Source: the human T2T-CHM13v2.0 reference genome, Homo sapiens. From it: a stretch of DNA of 64,000 bases. The position numbers were made by a program, and so were the translations under genes. The notes beneath the pieces were generated by a model. It had not been told where the DNA came from, did no database searches, and saw only the letters and a list, made by a program, of their open reading frames with translations. Numbering within the stretch: position 1 is the first letter of the stretch; every line of letters begins with the position of its first letter. The stretch lies in the NCBI RefSeq assembly GCF_009914755.1, contig NC_060928.1; one strand, written 5' to 3'. Positions 14,640-30,200 of this stretch are shown piece by piece.

Positions 14640-16400
14640 TAATGAATTCAGCAAATATTCATCAAGCCAGTATTCTGCATTAATTATCTTACTAAATGTT
14701 CAAGAGTCAAAAATAACAGCCTATTTCCTCACAAGACTGATGGTCTGGAAGTTGAAACATAAACAAATTATTCGACTATTATAACAGAAGAATGAACAAA
14801 GCAGCTGAGGAACTCAGAGGAGAAATTAAATACATTTTCACAGAGAGTTCAGGACATTTTTCCATAGACATGCTATTTGAGCTGATTTTTTAAAAAACAA
14901 CATTAGAAAAAAATGGAATAACATTTAAAACAATGGTGCATACTTGTGAACTTCATGTAGCTCACAGAATTAGAGCAAGGATGTACCAAGATAGAGAAGT
15001 TGAAGTAGAAGCTGTCAAGAAAAACAAAGCTGGTCTATGAGAGGTTCATATATTACACAAAAATAATTAGGCCTTTCTCCTGTACGTTTTAAACAGTTCA
15101 ATATTGTGATTAGAGCTATAATCTAGAAACACTATTGTAGTCATGTGTGGAGGTTAAAGCATCTCTGTCGTGGATGATAATCCACCATGTTGACTTCTGT
15201 TTGACCCCAGTTCCAGGAAGGCCTCTAAAATTTCTACTTTATCTACTGTTTCTTGTATAAGAGCACGTACTTACTGTAAATCCTACCATTATGTCAAAAC
15301 AAGCTTAATCATAAATTCTGCTCTTAGACAGATTCATGTAGCATTCTTGCCTTTCCCTACAATTGTCCTACACTCTTCTTTCCTCAGGCCTATGAGCTCT
15401 GGGTCTAGGGGATAATGGTGCAGGGATCCACCATCTTGTCTTGCTGCTGCCCTAGATACAAAGATGGCTTCTGTTCATAAATATTTCTTTCTGAAAAACT
15501 GGATATGTCAGCCTCTTTCTTTGGTTTCTCAGCTTCCTCAGACCTTTGGGGTTTGCCTAGGCCTGCCCACCATAGAACATCATATATGAACTTTAAATAT
15601 AAAGTAAAGAAAACTGAAGGCAATGAAACCTACGTTATGAGAGAAATGTTGAAAACTTGAATAAATCCACAGAAAGAAAGAACACAAGGGTAAAACATTC
15701 AGGTTATGTTAAAGTGTTATAAATTATATAAATAAAGAGAGAGAAAATGAAGAGGCTGCAAGACATAATGACTTTCATGCTTTTGGTATAGGTAATTTGG
15801 AATATCCTGATGCTATTAAGCAGAGGTGATACATACAAAAAGGAAACAAAAAGATTTGGGGAGTGAATAACACATTTTGACATATATCAAAGGCCCTTTA
15901 GATATTCTAAAATATCTGTAAAGATATTCAAAATCAGTGGGAAACAATTCTAGTGCTTATCAGAGATGTTTATTATTAAGTTATACGTATAAAAGTAGAT
16001 GCCCAGTGATCACAGTATCACAAAGAAAGCTTTCAAGTTTAGAACAATAGAGAAACTCCAACATTTAAATAGAAGATATATGAACAAAAATGTTCATTTA
16101 TCATTCTTGTTATTCTTAATTTTACCATTGTCAGACTGGTTAAGGAAAAAACAGGGGAGATTTTTTTTTTCCACAGAAAGCAAGATTGAAGACAGCTTCG
16201 ATAAGAAAGTTAAAAGAATTGCTTGATCTCTAGTCTTCATACATTGCAGATGTGTAAAACAATATGAAGATGAAAGAGTGCCCTTTAAATGTGTCTGCTG
16301 GAAAGTCACTGGGGATCTTAGCACAGCAGTCACAGTGGAAAGGTGAGAGTTGAATCAAGGTCCTCAAGGAGGAGGAGAAATATTCAAGAGAACATGTAGA
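14640..16400 (-). mobile_element. L2 fragments, interrupted by the LTR47-like element
   Basis: aatgaattcagcaaatatt 3'-end motif followed by purine-rich decayed L2 body. Confidence 0.55.
15146..15579 (+). mobile_element. LTR47-like ERVL solo LTR
   Basis: tgtggaggttaaagc...ccatgttgacttctg... to catagaaca. 5-bp TSD TCATG/TCATA. Confidence 0.8.
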
Positions 16401-16407
16401 AGATAAC

Positions 16408-16923
16408 TGGGGTAGGAAGAATAATGGCCACCCAAAGAGGCCCACATTTTAATTACCAGAACATGTGCTTATCTTAAGATGCATGAGAAGGAAGAGTTAA
16501 ATCTTTTCATGAAATTACATTTGCCAGTTAGCTGACCTTGAAATAGAGTGAGTATCCTGGATCATCCAGGTAGGCACAATGTAATCATAAGGTTTCTTAA
16601 AAGTGAGAGAAGGAGGAAAAGGAGGTCAAAGTCAGAAGAAGTAACTACAGAAGAATAGTCTGGGAGATGTAACATTGCTAGCTTTGAAGATAGAAAGAGG
16701 CATGGAATGTGAGTGGTCTCTAGATGTTTGGAAAGAGCAAGGAGATGAATTTGCCCCTCGAGATATGAGAAAGAAATGCAGACCTGCTGACGCCTTGATT
16801 TTAGGCCAATAAAACCTATGTTAGTCTTCTAACCTACACAACTGTTAAGGTTTGTGTGGTGTTAAGGCACCCAGTTTGTGATGTTTGCTTATAGCAGCAA
16901 TTACCTGTTTGGAAACTAACACA
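16408..16923 (+). mobile_element. MLT1D-like MaLR solo LTR
   Basis: ggtaggaagaataatggccacccaaag..., gctgaccttgaaatag..., atcctggatcatccaggtaggcacaatgtaatca..., ends ggaaactaacaca. Confidence 0.88.
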
Positions 16924-16964
16924 GGAATCTCAGCAGAAAAAAAAAAAAAAAACTCCATTTTTTG

Positions 16965-17780
16965 AGAAATTTATTGATTCATTTAACAAATATTTACAGA
17001 TCTGTTCCACCTGTTGGAGATACAGTTGTGAATAAAACACATACACAAAAATCAATCCCTCCATTGGAGAACTTTGCTTTCAATAAACAAATTCTAAAAG
17101 GATCTGGTATATTAGCTATTAATTGCTGTGGAGAAACAAACAAAAGAATGCAAAAGATATTAGTTACAATGGCGGTGCAAGAATTGAGATTGCTGAATCT
17201 TCCTTGAAAAACGGACCTTTGAGCAAAGATGTGAAGCAGTGAATCAAGTGATGTATACGTCATGGGGAAGAACAAACCGGAAAGAGGAAATCACAAGTGT
17301 ATAATCCCAGGAGCAAAATCAGAACTAGCTTGTTTAACGGACAGGTGGAGTGCAGTCAGGCAGGAGAGATGAGTTCAGAGAAACAACGCGTGGGTAAAGT
17401 TTGTCAGATCACAGTAGTGATGACTTTGTATTTCATCAGCATGGAAATAAAATCTATTGCAACATTTTAAGTAGAGGGCATGATTTGATTTGTGTTTTAA
17501 AAGGATAGCTCTGGGTATGGGTTTGAAAATAGACTAAGAGAAGTTAGGGTTGAAACAGGCTGAACAGTTGGCAAGCATTTTCCATAATCTAGTAAATAAA
17601 TAATGTGACTTAGATCTAAATTTTAGGAGTGGTCACAGGGAGGAGGAGAGGTGCTGGATGTCAGAAATAATGTGAACATTTGGTCCCCTGGATTGGATGT
17701 GGAATGTGGGAGAAAGGGAGGAGTCAAGGATAAATTCATAGTACACATTTAGTTTAGGAGACCCACTAGTGGAAGACAGA
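16965..17780 (-). mobile_element. L2 fragment
   Basis: ttattgattcatttaacaaatattta 3' end; ttttaagtagagggcatgatttgatttgtgttttaaaaggatagctctgg body motif. Confidence 0.75.
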
Positions 17781-17792
17781 AAGACAATGAGG

Positions 17793-18135
<343 letters not shown>

Positions 18136-20624
18136 TCAATAATAATCACAATAAGTTACATTTTGATAACTTTCAAACACTGAATATCATATGATCATTA
18201 TCAACCACCTGCAGTATTATTAAGAATGTTTTCCTCATTTTGTAAATTAAAAATATGAGAAAAAGGGAGGCTAATTGACTTTTGCAAAGCCATCGTTACT
18301 GAATGAAAGACTGACTCCCTGGTGACAATAAACCTCTTTCATATAGTAGTGATTATGCCTGAAGAATTTCTTTTTTTAAATCTTTCCAACAATTTTCACA
18401 TTGAAATACCAAGTACCACATTGAGTATTTTTTTGTAAATTGCTTTTGATACAAATGATATTGAGAGTAATATGAACTGTGTGTACATATATGGAATATT
18501 GGAGCCACATGAATTGTAGAAAGCTTAAGAAATCATTAATATATTTCCTGCATCAGTTGGAATTACATTTAGATATTTTCAAACATATGAGAATGTATTG
18601 TTTTTCAATAGGCCTTCCATGGAGAGGAAATATAAGCCTCAAAATGCTTGTAAAATTTTTAAGCTGTGAAATTTCAAATATCATTAATTGTATATTGTAT
18701 ATTCTGTCTTCTTGGTAAAACCTGGAATTAAAATCTTTGCTATGCAATTATTAAATTTAGCACAAAAATGAAATTTTATTAACATGATGGCATGCTTGAA
18801 TTGTGTTTATGATTATTATCATGATGATTTCAGGAGCCTGGATAAAAGTAGCATTTCCTTCTTTCCAGATCTCCATGGAATAGTGAAAAACAGGCTAAGT
18901 GATGAAAAAGAAGTGCCAAGAATTTGGTATACTTCATTTTTCGAGGTACATGCACATTTAAAACGACTTGATAAAAAGAAAACAGGGAGAACAAAAGTAA
19001 CTGGAACAAGGAAAAAGATGAGTCCAAATCAAGAGGCAGTTTCCAGCTTACTTGTAAAAAGACATTCCCAATTTGTAGCTTAGGAAACACTATTCTTAAA
19101 TTTTAGGATCATTTTCCTTAAGAAAGCATCTTTGCTATTCTGAGGTTTCCTGGCTTCTCTTGACAAAAGAATTTATTGAAATAGTAGACACTACTTCTAT
19201 GTGCTATGTTCCATTACATAGTGAATTCATTATTATGGTATTTTATTAAAATGAAATTTATAAACCCAAACAATAAGCTAATGAATAATGCTGCTCAGCT
19301 CATTAAAGCTAAATTTAGAAAATAACCATTGATCATATTTTCAGAGCAGTTTTTAATTTCAAATAACTTATAAAGGAAGCCTGAGTTTTTAATTAACAAA
19401 TGGGTAGGTTTATATAGTAAAGTGGTAATTTTTAGCAGAGAAATTAATTGACATGTGGCTTGTTTACCTTCTGTGTTAGAATTTCTGTATTGGCAAATGT
19501 TTTTTATATAAATAGAGATACATATTAAATGTATTGGTGTTTAAAGACGTAATATTTGTGTGTGTGTGTGTGTATGCATGTGTATAATTTTTCTTGAGCC
19601 TAGTTGAACTCATTTAAGCTAAAGGAGCTTGTGTGTTCATGAAGAAAATAAACAAAATAGCACCTCTTATCCCCTTAATTTATGCTTAGGATTGGGGCTA
19701 TTTATCAAGGTTTAAGAAAGCTTGGTAGCTAACAATTTAATAAAAAAGAAACTCCACCAGCTCTTGAATCCCCAAGTGCAACAAGGTGCAAAGCTATGTA
19801 CTGGTGGTGTTCACACATTGTTCAGGATTGTGTTATTCTTTATTGTGATTCATGTAATTTTGAAATAGATAGGGAAATGTTCATTATTCCTTAGGGTATA
19901 TTTTGAACTGTACTTCCCAAGACACTGTAATATTTTTTTATGTGGAGTTATTCCTTTTATTTTACATGTGCTGCTGTTCCTGGTTTAAAAGTAGAGCTAG
20001 ATGAAGGATCAGTCTTATCATTAAAGACTGACTGAAGTATAAATGCTGTTTAGCTTATTTAAAGTATAATTTACCTTAAATTGCAAAAGTTGCTTTTTTA
20101 TGAGTGACTGATTATTTGAATCATTGAGTTGGTGAAATAAATAGGAAAAAAGCACAGCTTTCTTTAAATAATAAATAAAGCAAGCATGTGTCATAGGGTA
20201 GAGTATATTGAAGAATGAAATAAATTGAAAATTAATCCACAAATAAGTGAATAAGTGTACCTGAATATGTTCATGAATTTCTCTGAAAATGAAATAACCA
20301 TGAATGATTCAGTAGTTTAGTCTACATTTTTATAGAGGATACATCTATTTTATCATTATTTAGGGCTGGTTTTTTATATACCTTCTAGTTTCTTTAATAT
20401 TTTCTCAAAGCAGATAAATTGCATCTCTTCTGTATATTAATGTTTTCTTTTTTTAATTTAAAATTGAAGAAAAACTGAATACATGGGCTTTGAAATAAAT
20501 AAACATTTCATTGCAGGCTAGTGAAGGCTAACAAAACCACAGGAACCAGAAATCTAGCTGCAAAATAAAGTACAAAAGCTCAAAGTTACCAGATGCTTTC
20601 AATAAAAATATTAAAACTATGATT

Positions 20625-20900
20625 GATAATAATAACAAAACCTTTATATAATGTCCAAGCATGGTTTAAGGGCATGTTTTGTATCTATTTCTATATTTAT
20701 GTGTTTATCTAGATATCTATCTGTACACATAGGTACATGTGTAGACACGAATCATGAATATATACATATCTTAACTAATTTAATTTTAACAATGCTACAC
20801 AATAGGCAACATAGAGATTGCATAATTTAAGTCACACACCTAATATGACCGGAATTCAAACAGATTGACTTCAAAGTCTGACTGTCATGCATGCTGTTTC
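20625..20900 (-). mobile_element. MIR SINE, degraded
   Basis: aagtcacacacctaat...ggaattcaaacagattgacttcaaagtc core motif. Confidence 0.55.
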
Positions 20901-21198
20901 TTCTACCTCTGTGACAGAAAGTTTATCTTAGAAATCTAGGCTTTTTTTGTTTTTTTCCAAACATAGCTACCAGTTCAACATGTCTTTTCTGGGAGCCTCA
21001 CATCAATGCCACAGACAAGTAGATAAAATGCAAACCAAGTTAGATTCTGGGTTCAACATAAAAGGAATTCATTTTACTGATTGAAGGTTTTCAAGAGTGA
21101 GAAGGAACTGGCAGTTTACATCAAAGACTCACTGAGTACCCATATTTATTTATTAAACAGATATTATTTTATTGAGTGGCTATCCTATGCTGGGAACT

Positions 21199-21238
21199 GG
21201 TTTTATTTCTCAGAATAGAGGTTTTATTTCTCAGAATA
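21199..21238. repeat. Short direct duplication, 19-bp core, 21-bp period
   Basis: ggttttatttctcagaata at 21199 and 21220. Confidence 0.9.
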
Positions 21239-22159
21239 TATATACACATATTTAGTCTCACTGGGTCCCGACTACTAAGTGAATATACTACATTCAGTTA
21301 CTAGGGCACAAATTATGGACAGAAATAGTGGTTGAGATTAGACACATGGGTTGTGTTCACATCATAAAGTGTGTTAGGTGTCATAACAAAGGTGTTTGAA
21401 CATTTATGCAGTTCAATCTATTAAAACAGCAAAGAAACTTGGTAGGAAACAATAATATTGACATGTCTGAATATTATAGAGATGATTATCTGAAGGCAGT
21501 GTTTGTAGTTTTTTGTGCCCGCATCAACATGGGTTGAATTGTACATAGATATCCTTTAATTATTTAGTTAACATATTAGATAATAATTATTATTTTTAAG
21601 TAATATATGCAAACATTTTTCATCTTTATGAAACTAAATGGTGGAGGATGTATTAGAAATGAAGCGGGAAATGGTTACCTTATTTGCCCATGCAGGAGTA
21701 TATGTTTTCCTCTACCCTTGTTAAAGTAGATATTCATATTTCATATCTCCCTTCTCTCTACTCTCCAATCTTGTCCTCAACATATCAGGCCTTCAGACCC
21801 AGAAAACTTGGGTGTAATTTTACTATTCAAATTTTACAACTTAGTTTCAGAGTGTCACAAAACAAAAAATACTCCACCACCATTTCCTCGCCCCCTCTGC
21901 TCTATCTGAATCTGTATGATGTTACCGATATTGAAGGAGGCTGGCTTCATACCACGCCCTAGAGAATGGGGGTATGACGTGGTGCAGGGTTCACATTGAC
22001 TTGATCCCAATTCTTTGAGATTTATTGAGATGTTTTATATTATAGGAGGAGATACATTTTCTTAAGCGATTCCATCTATACACAAGAAGAAAATGGTTCC
22101 TGCAAAGCTGGGGTACAATATTCTATTTATACCAGTTAAATCAAACATTTTTAGTGTGG

Positions 22160-22800
22160 AAATGCTCCAATGCTTACTGATTACCTGTCTGATAGATCTA
22201 TCAGTTATCGTGGATAATGTAATATCTTACTTTAGTAAAAGATTTGTCACTTTCTCCTTGCAGTTTTGTTAAATGTTTGCCTCTATATTTTGAAGCTATG
22301 CTATTTCATACATATATGTTTAAAATTACGTCTTACTGATGAGTTGAACTTTTCATTGCTATAGAGTAATCCTCTTAATTTCCAATAACTTTTTAAAATT
22401 ATAACTATTTTATCAGATATTATATTTTAAGTAATTCTCCAAAAACATATTTTTACATTATTTGACTTTCAACCTTTTAATTTTAATTGTACCTCATGGA
22501 ACTGACATGTTTTTAAGCCACTATTGTGAACATTTTTTTAACTAGTGAGTTTAGTTCATTTACATTTATTTGTACTACCATATTATCTGATTTCTATTTA
22601 TTCTCTTTTTTCTCCCTTTCTTAACATCTTTTAGATTAATTTGATGTTTTACGTTTATTTTATTTCTCATCCCATTTTTTCCCCTGTACTTGTTTGGAAG
22701 TTATATGCACTCTATATATTTTAGAATTTGTTACTCTTGCCGTTTAAGGAGCATATTAAATTCTAAACATATTTAATATTGTAACCTCTATTACTTACAA
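22160..22800 (-). mobile_element. Old L1M fragment (ORF2 endonuclease region)
   Basis: gatttgtcactttctccttgcagttttgttaaatgtttgcctctatattttgaagctatg typical of antisense L1M. Confidence 0.75.
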
Positions 22801-22906
22801 TATAAGCATCTTGGAATAGTTAAGTCTTACCAAGGCCTTTTTAGCTTATATTCTTTTTCTTGTTTTCCAGGGTTTTAATTGCAGTGCATTTTTTACCCAC
22901 TCATTG

Positions 22907-23121
22907 AATTCTGCAAACACTCAGTGCCCTTGGAAAAGGACCCTGGGCCTCGAAAAAAATGGCAGCCTTAGCCTATGCATTGATTACCTGAAAAGAGAGC
23001 TCAGTCAGGCTATACCCAGACTGCTAACAATGGAAAGTTTAAAAAAAATGTAAAATAATTCATTTGTGTGGTTTGTGCTAAGTTTGTGGTAATGGTTATG
23101 TAGCAATACAAAACCAATACA
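22907..23121 (+). mobile_element. MLT1 LTR 3' fragment
   Basis: Ends gctaagtttgtggtaatggttatgtagcaatacaaaaccaataca. Confidence 0.7.
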
Positions 23122-24488
23122 GTAATTAATTAACGAGGGAATTAATAAGATGCTACAACTGATTCAAACGAGAATTCAGAAAACACTTATATAGGCAATT
23201 AGGAATACTGAAATGAATTTACCAATAGATGCAAAACTGGTCAATATCCACAGGGCAAATATCAGCTGCATTCACTAGATAATATTTTTTTCAATTTCTA
23301 TGGATAAGTATCATTGACATTACTGATTACTGTCAGGTTTTATTTCTCTATAACTTAAAGAGTTGTAAAAAGTTCAAAGACAACAAAAGATACAGCTTTT
23401 TATCAAGTCAAATAACCCAGAAGGGTACACTAGATGGGACACACAGTGGCCTCTATTGCTCATTTAATAGGTTTTTTCATAATTTCTTCCAGAGCAAATG
23501 AAATAGGAATGGGATTTACCTACTTTAAACATTGTTAAAGTGTATAGAGAGATCATATATTTAGGAGTGCTACATGGAAGGTGTAATTATTATTAAAAAT
23601 ATCCAAAACAGATGACTAATAGGTGCTTGAAGCTCTGATAGAAATGCTTGCAAACTAGAACATTTACAAGTAGGTGCCAACAGTATTTCTGCCAAAGCAA
23701 GCGCTGTACTGTTTTGCTATGCGGCAATGCTCTATCATACAGGGAAAATATCCCGCAGAATTTATTCAGTTGATTATCTATTACATGAAACTTCTGTTTG
23801 AGAAGCTCAACAAACACCTTGCAGTGAAAAGAAAACAGAGAAATGTGCTAGGCATGGAAAGAGAAATTCTACACGTACAAATTCAGCTTAGGGAATATTT
23901 GCCAATAAATGTCAAATGCTAATAACTGGCCCACTAATCATTGTAAAAATAAATTATCCCACTCAGGCATTCCTCTGAGTATCATCTAAAAGGCATGCTC
24001 TAGTTTTTAAACTAAAGAGAGTTTTAAATTTAAGAATTGCCTACTTTCCCATTCTATTTGTTTTCTTCAGGATCTTTTTTACAAACAGTTGATGCCTCTG
24101 CTACAACATAATTGTTAAGAATCTTTTTCTTTTCTTTTTAGTGATGAAATCCACTCATGGAAAAGTCCATGTTTTTCAGGAATTGTGTGGGAAGATTGTA
24201 TTTTTGCCTGCTCTTCAGCTTGGCAAGAAATCATTACAATGTGGGATAGATGCCATCACATGCTTACTCTTATGTTTTTGTTCGGTTTAGAGCTGGCAGA
24301 AGGGTATTTTCTGTTTACGATGAGAAGTACAAGTAGCTGTTGCCAGAATTTGGCCATAGGAGCTATTAGTTAAGATATAGCTAAACACTGCGTCTAGACT
24401 TTGATAAATCCAAGTAGCTAATTAAGAGTCACTTGTATCCTAAACCTGGAGTAAATGGAATAAACTTTTCATTTGAAACTCCTCTAGA

Positions 24489-24616
24489 GGACAGACGCAG
24501 TGGCTCACTCCTATAATTCCAGCACTCTGGGATGCCAAGGCGGGTGGATTACCTGAGGTCAGGGTTTCAAGACCAGCCTGGTCAACGTGGTGAAACCCCG
24601 GCTCTACTAAAAATAC

Positions 24617-24663
<47 letters not shown>

Positions 24664-24720
24664 ATACACATACACACACACATATATAAAATAATCTGCT
24701 TCCACACTCACTCACTCATA

Positions 24721-24784
<64 letters not shown>

Positions 24785-24950
24785 GGGTGTGCTGGTGGTC
24801 ACCTGTAATCCCAGCTACTCAGGAGGCTGAGGCAGGAGAATCACTTGAACCTGGGAGGCGGAGGTTGCAGTGAGTCAACATAACGCCATTGCCCTGTAGG
24901 CTGGGTAACAAGAGTGAAATTCTGTCTCAAAATACAAAAACAAACAAACA
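24489..24950 (+). mobile_element. AluS with its central A-rich linker expanded into (TA)n/(CA)n plus a foreign 25-mer
   Basis: Left arm ~24489-24630, right arm ~24782-24950. TSD AACTCCTCTA at 24477-24486 and 24952-24961. Confidence 0.96.
24632..24781. repeat. (TA)n/(CA)n compound microsatellite inside the Alu
   Basis: Seen directly, including a long pure (TA)n run at ~24726-24781. Confidence 0.97.
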
Positions 24951-25194
24951 GAACTCCTCTAATCTTTGGTTCTGGTATTCAAGATTTAAATAATACAAAT
25001 TCTCATGTTAAAGTATTCTACTGGGTTTCTAAAATTCCTCGAGTTCATTGTTGGGACCACATGGGATAAAGTGAGGATCTGTATTGATGTGTAGAAATAA
25101 CTGTGTTTTTAATCTAAGATATCCTGGTACAACTTTTGCATACTTTCTACACAAGTTTCATTTAGAAAATAGAATCTGCTCCAAAAATTTTTGA

Positions 25195-26086
<892 letters not shown>

Positions 26087-26298
26087 CAGAGGTAGATTTG
26101 TAGTTGGAATTCTATTGAGGGTAGATGTGAGGGGAGCAATTTGACAATCAATTACCCAAGTGATCAGAAGATTCTTTGGAGTGACTCTGGGAATGGTGTT
26201 TTTGTGGTTGAGAATTGTTAGTAAAGTAAGTGTTTAGATGAGCTACATACAAGTGAACTTGCATAAATATAAAAATAATAACAATTGGGTACCAAGAC

Positions 26299-26335
26299 AT
26301 AAGGAGAGCAATATAATATATAAGGAGAGCAATAT
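26299..26335. repeat. Short direct duplication, 16-bp core, 21-bp period
   Basis: ataaggagagcaatat at 26299 and 26320. Confidence 0.88.
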
Positions 26336-27124
26336 GTGGCTGATTTTAATAATAAAGGCTGAGGTTTTCTTTAAAAAAAAATAAGCCACAGTCTTATTTC
26401 ATCTCAGTATTTATATTTCTTTTAAAAGTTATATTTGTATCACAGAATACAATTTAATTCATTAGTTTGCATTTTTAATCAATATTATTAAAGTAAAAAA
26501 TAAATATATGTTTATGATTTTTAATACTTTTTATGACTCTACAGAGCGAATCCCCTGTTTTGTTCTCAAATACAAGTATCTTTCTGAAAAACATTCATAA
26601 TAGCCACTGCCTCATTTGTTTCACTAGTGTATGAAAGGAGATGCAAGATTTCTTGGAGTTCAGTCATGCTATTCCAACCTATGACAACCTGGAAAATTTC
26701 ACATGCCTGGAGATGAAGGTTAAGCATATGAAGAGACTATTTTCTTATCTAGTCACTTTCCTTACAAAGAAATAGAATAGTATATTTTTATCTGCATCCT
26801 TTATCCAGAGAAACTTTTTTAAGCCATTAGACAAAATACTTTAGATAAAAAGAAATCCAATTTTGGTTTTTCTTGTTCTTTTGTTTACTTCTTTACACCA
26901 TTAGCAATATTGCTTACTATGCTAAATAAAAGTCACTTGTGATGGCATATTAAAGGAAATGTGACAATAAGACAGTTAGTGTAAGGAATCCATTATCATT
27001 AGACCATGTTGTTTAATATGTAAATTAACTGCTTTCTAAATCATCTAGTTGAATAAGTAAAATGCAACCTGAAAAAATAAGAGTATAAATAAGAAAAAGA
27101 AATACTTAGAATGTAATTTTTCTT

Positions 27125-27208
27125 CTTTTTTCATCCATTCAAGTTTTGTTATAAAATTGCAGCAATTCAGTCAGATCTTCAGGTTCCATTTGTAATTCCA
27201 GCTTTCCT
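27125..27208. mobile_element. Tigger (Tigger1-like) internal fragment
   Basis: tcatccattcaagttttgttataaaattgcagcaattcagtcagatcttcaggttcca. Confidence 0.65.
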
Positions 27209-27227
27209 TTTTTAAAATATGTATTAA

Positions 27228-30200
27228 TATTTTATTTTATTTTATTTAAGTTCTGGGATACAAGTGCTGAATGTGCAGGTTCATTACATAGGTATATATT
27301 TGCCATGTGGTTTGCTGCACCTATCAAGCTGTCATCTAGGTTTTAAGCCCCACATGCATTAGATATTTGTCCTAATGTTCTCCTTCCCCTTCCCACTACT
27401 TCTGTACAGGCCCCAGTGTGTGATGTTCCCCTCCCTGTGTCCGTGTGTCTTCATTGTTCAACTCCGAGTTATGAGTGAGAACATGTACTGTTTGGTTTTC
27501 TATTCATGTGTCAGTTTGCTGAGAATGATGGCTTTAAGCTTCATCCATGTCCCTGCAAAGGATAGGAACTCATTCTTTTTCATGGCTGCATAGTATTCCA
27601 TAGGATATATGTGCCACATTTTCTTTATCCAATCTATCATTGATGGGCATTTGGGTTGCTTCCAAGTCTTTGCTATTGTGAATAGTGATACAATAAACAT
27701 ACTTGTGAATGCATCTTTATAGTAGAATGATTTATAAACCTTTGGGTGTATATCCAGTAATGAGATTGCTGGGTCAAATGGTATTTCTAGTTCTAGATCC
27801 TTGAGGAATTGCCACACTGATTTCCACAATGGTTGAACTAATTTACACTCCTGCAATCAGTGTAAAAATGTTCCTGTTTCTCCACATCCTCACCAGCATC
27901 TGTTGTTTCTAGACTTTTTAATCATCACCATTCTAACTGGCATGAGATGGTATCTCATTGTGGTTTTGATTTGCATTTCTCTAATGACCAGTGACACTGA
28001 GCTTTTCTTTATATGTTTGTTGGTCATATAAATGTCTTCTTTTGAGAAGTGTCTGTTCATATCTTTTGCCCACTCTTTGATGGGGTTGTTTTTTTCTTGT
28101 AAATTTGTTTAAGTTTCTTGTAGATTCTGGATATTAGACCTTTGTCAGATGGATAGATTGCAAAAATTTTCTCCCATTCTGTAAATTGCCTGTTCACTCT
28201 GATGATAGTTTCTTTTGCTGATCAGAAGCTCTATAATTTAATTAGATCCATTTGTCAATTTTGGCTTTTTTTGCAATTGCTTTTGGTGTTTTAGTCATGA
28301 AGTCTTTACACATGCCTATGTCCTGAATGGTATTGCCTAGGTTTTCTTCTAGGGTTTTTATGGTTTTAGGTTTTAGATTTAAGTTTTTCATCCATCCTGA
28401 GTTAATTTTTGTATAAGGTGTAAGGAAGGGGTCCAGTTTCTGTTTTCTGCATATGGCTAGCCAGCTTTCCCAGCACCATTTATTAAACAGGAAATCATTT
28501 CTTCATTACTTGTTTTTGTCAGGTTTGTCGATGATTGTAGATGTATGGTGTTATTTCTGAGGCCTCTGTTCTGTTCCTTTGGCTTATATATCTGTTTTGT
28601 TACCAGTACCATGCTGTTTTGGTTACTGCAGCCTTGTAGTATAGTTTAAAGTCAGGTGGCATGATGCCTCCAGCTTTGCTCTTTTTGCTTAGGATGTCTT
28701 TGTTATACAGGCTCTTTTTTGGTTCCATATGAAATGTGAAGTAGTTTTTTTCTAGTTCTGTGAAGAAAGTCAATGGTAGCTTGATGGGAATAGCATTGAA
28801 TCTGTAAGTTACTTTGGGCAGCAAGGCCATTTTCATGATATTGATTCTTCCTATCCATGAGCATGCATTTTTTTCCATTTGTTTGTGTCATCTTTTATTT
28901 CCCTGAGCAATGGTTTGTAGTTCTCCTTGAAGAGGTCCCTCACATCCCTTGTAAGTTGTATTCCTAGGTATTCTATTCTCTTTGTAGCAATTCTGAATGG
29001 GAATTTACTCATGATCTGGCTCTCTGTTTATCTATTATTGGTGTATAGGAATGCTTGTGATTTTTGCACATTGATTTTGTATCCTGAGACTTTGCTGAAG
29101 TTGCTTATCAGCTTAAGGAGTTTTGGGCTGAGATAATAGGGTTTTCTAAATATACAATCATGTTGTCTGCAAAAAGAGACAATTTGACTTCCTCTTTTCC
29201 TATTTGAATACCATTTATTTATTTCTCTTGCCTGATTGCTCTGTTCAGAATTTCCAATATTATGTTGAGTAGAAGTGGTAGAGAGGGCATCTTTGTCTTG
29301 TGCCAGTTTTCAGAGGGAATACTTCTAGCTTTTGCCCATTCAGAATGATATTGGCTATGAGTTTGTCATAAATAGCTCTTATTATCTTGAGATATGTTCC
29401 ATCAATATCTAGTTTATTGAGTGTTTTTAGTATGAATGGGTGTTGAATTTTATCGAAGGCCTTTTCTGCATCTGTTGAGATAATCATGTGGTTTTTGTCA
29501 TTGGTTCTGTTTATGTGATGGATTACGTTTATTGATTTGTGTTTGTTGAACCAGCCTTGCATCCCAGGGATGAAGCCAACTTGATTGTGGTGGATAAGCT
29601 TTTTGATGTGCTGCTGGATTCAGTTTGTCAGTATTTCACTGAGAATTTTTGCATCAATGTTCCTCAGGGATATTGGCCTGAAATTTTGTTGTTGTTGTTG
29701 TGTCTCTGACAGATTTTAGAATCAGGATGATGTTGGCCTCATAAAATGAGTTAGGGAGGAGTTCCTCTTTTTCTATTGTTTGGAATCATTTCAGATGGAA
29801 TGGTACTAGCTCCTGTTTGTACCTCTGGGAAAATTCAGTTGTGAATCCATCTGTCTTGGGCTTTTTTTTTTTTTTTGGTTGTTAGGGTATTAATTACTGC
29901 CTCAATTTCAGAACTTGTTACTAGTCTATTCAGGGATTTTGACTTTTTCTTTGTTTAGTCTTGGGAGGGTGTATGTGTCAGGAATTTAACCATTTTTTTC
30001 CAGGTTTTCTGGTTGATTTGCATAGAAGTCTTTATAGTATTCTCTGATGGTAGTTTTTATTTCTGAAGGATCAATGGTGATATCCCCTTTATAATTTTTT
30101 AATGTGTCTATTTGATTCTTCTCTCTTTTCTTCTTTAGCAGTCTGGCTAGCAGTCTATCTATTTTGTTAATCTTTTCAAAAAACCAGCTCCTGGATTCAT

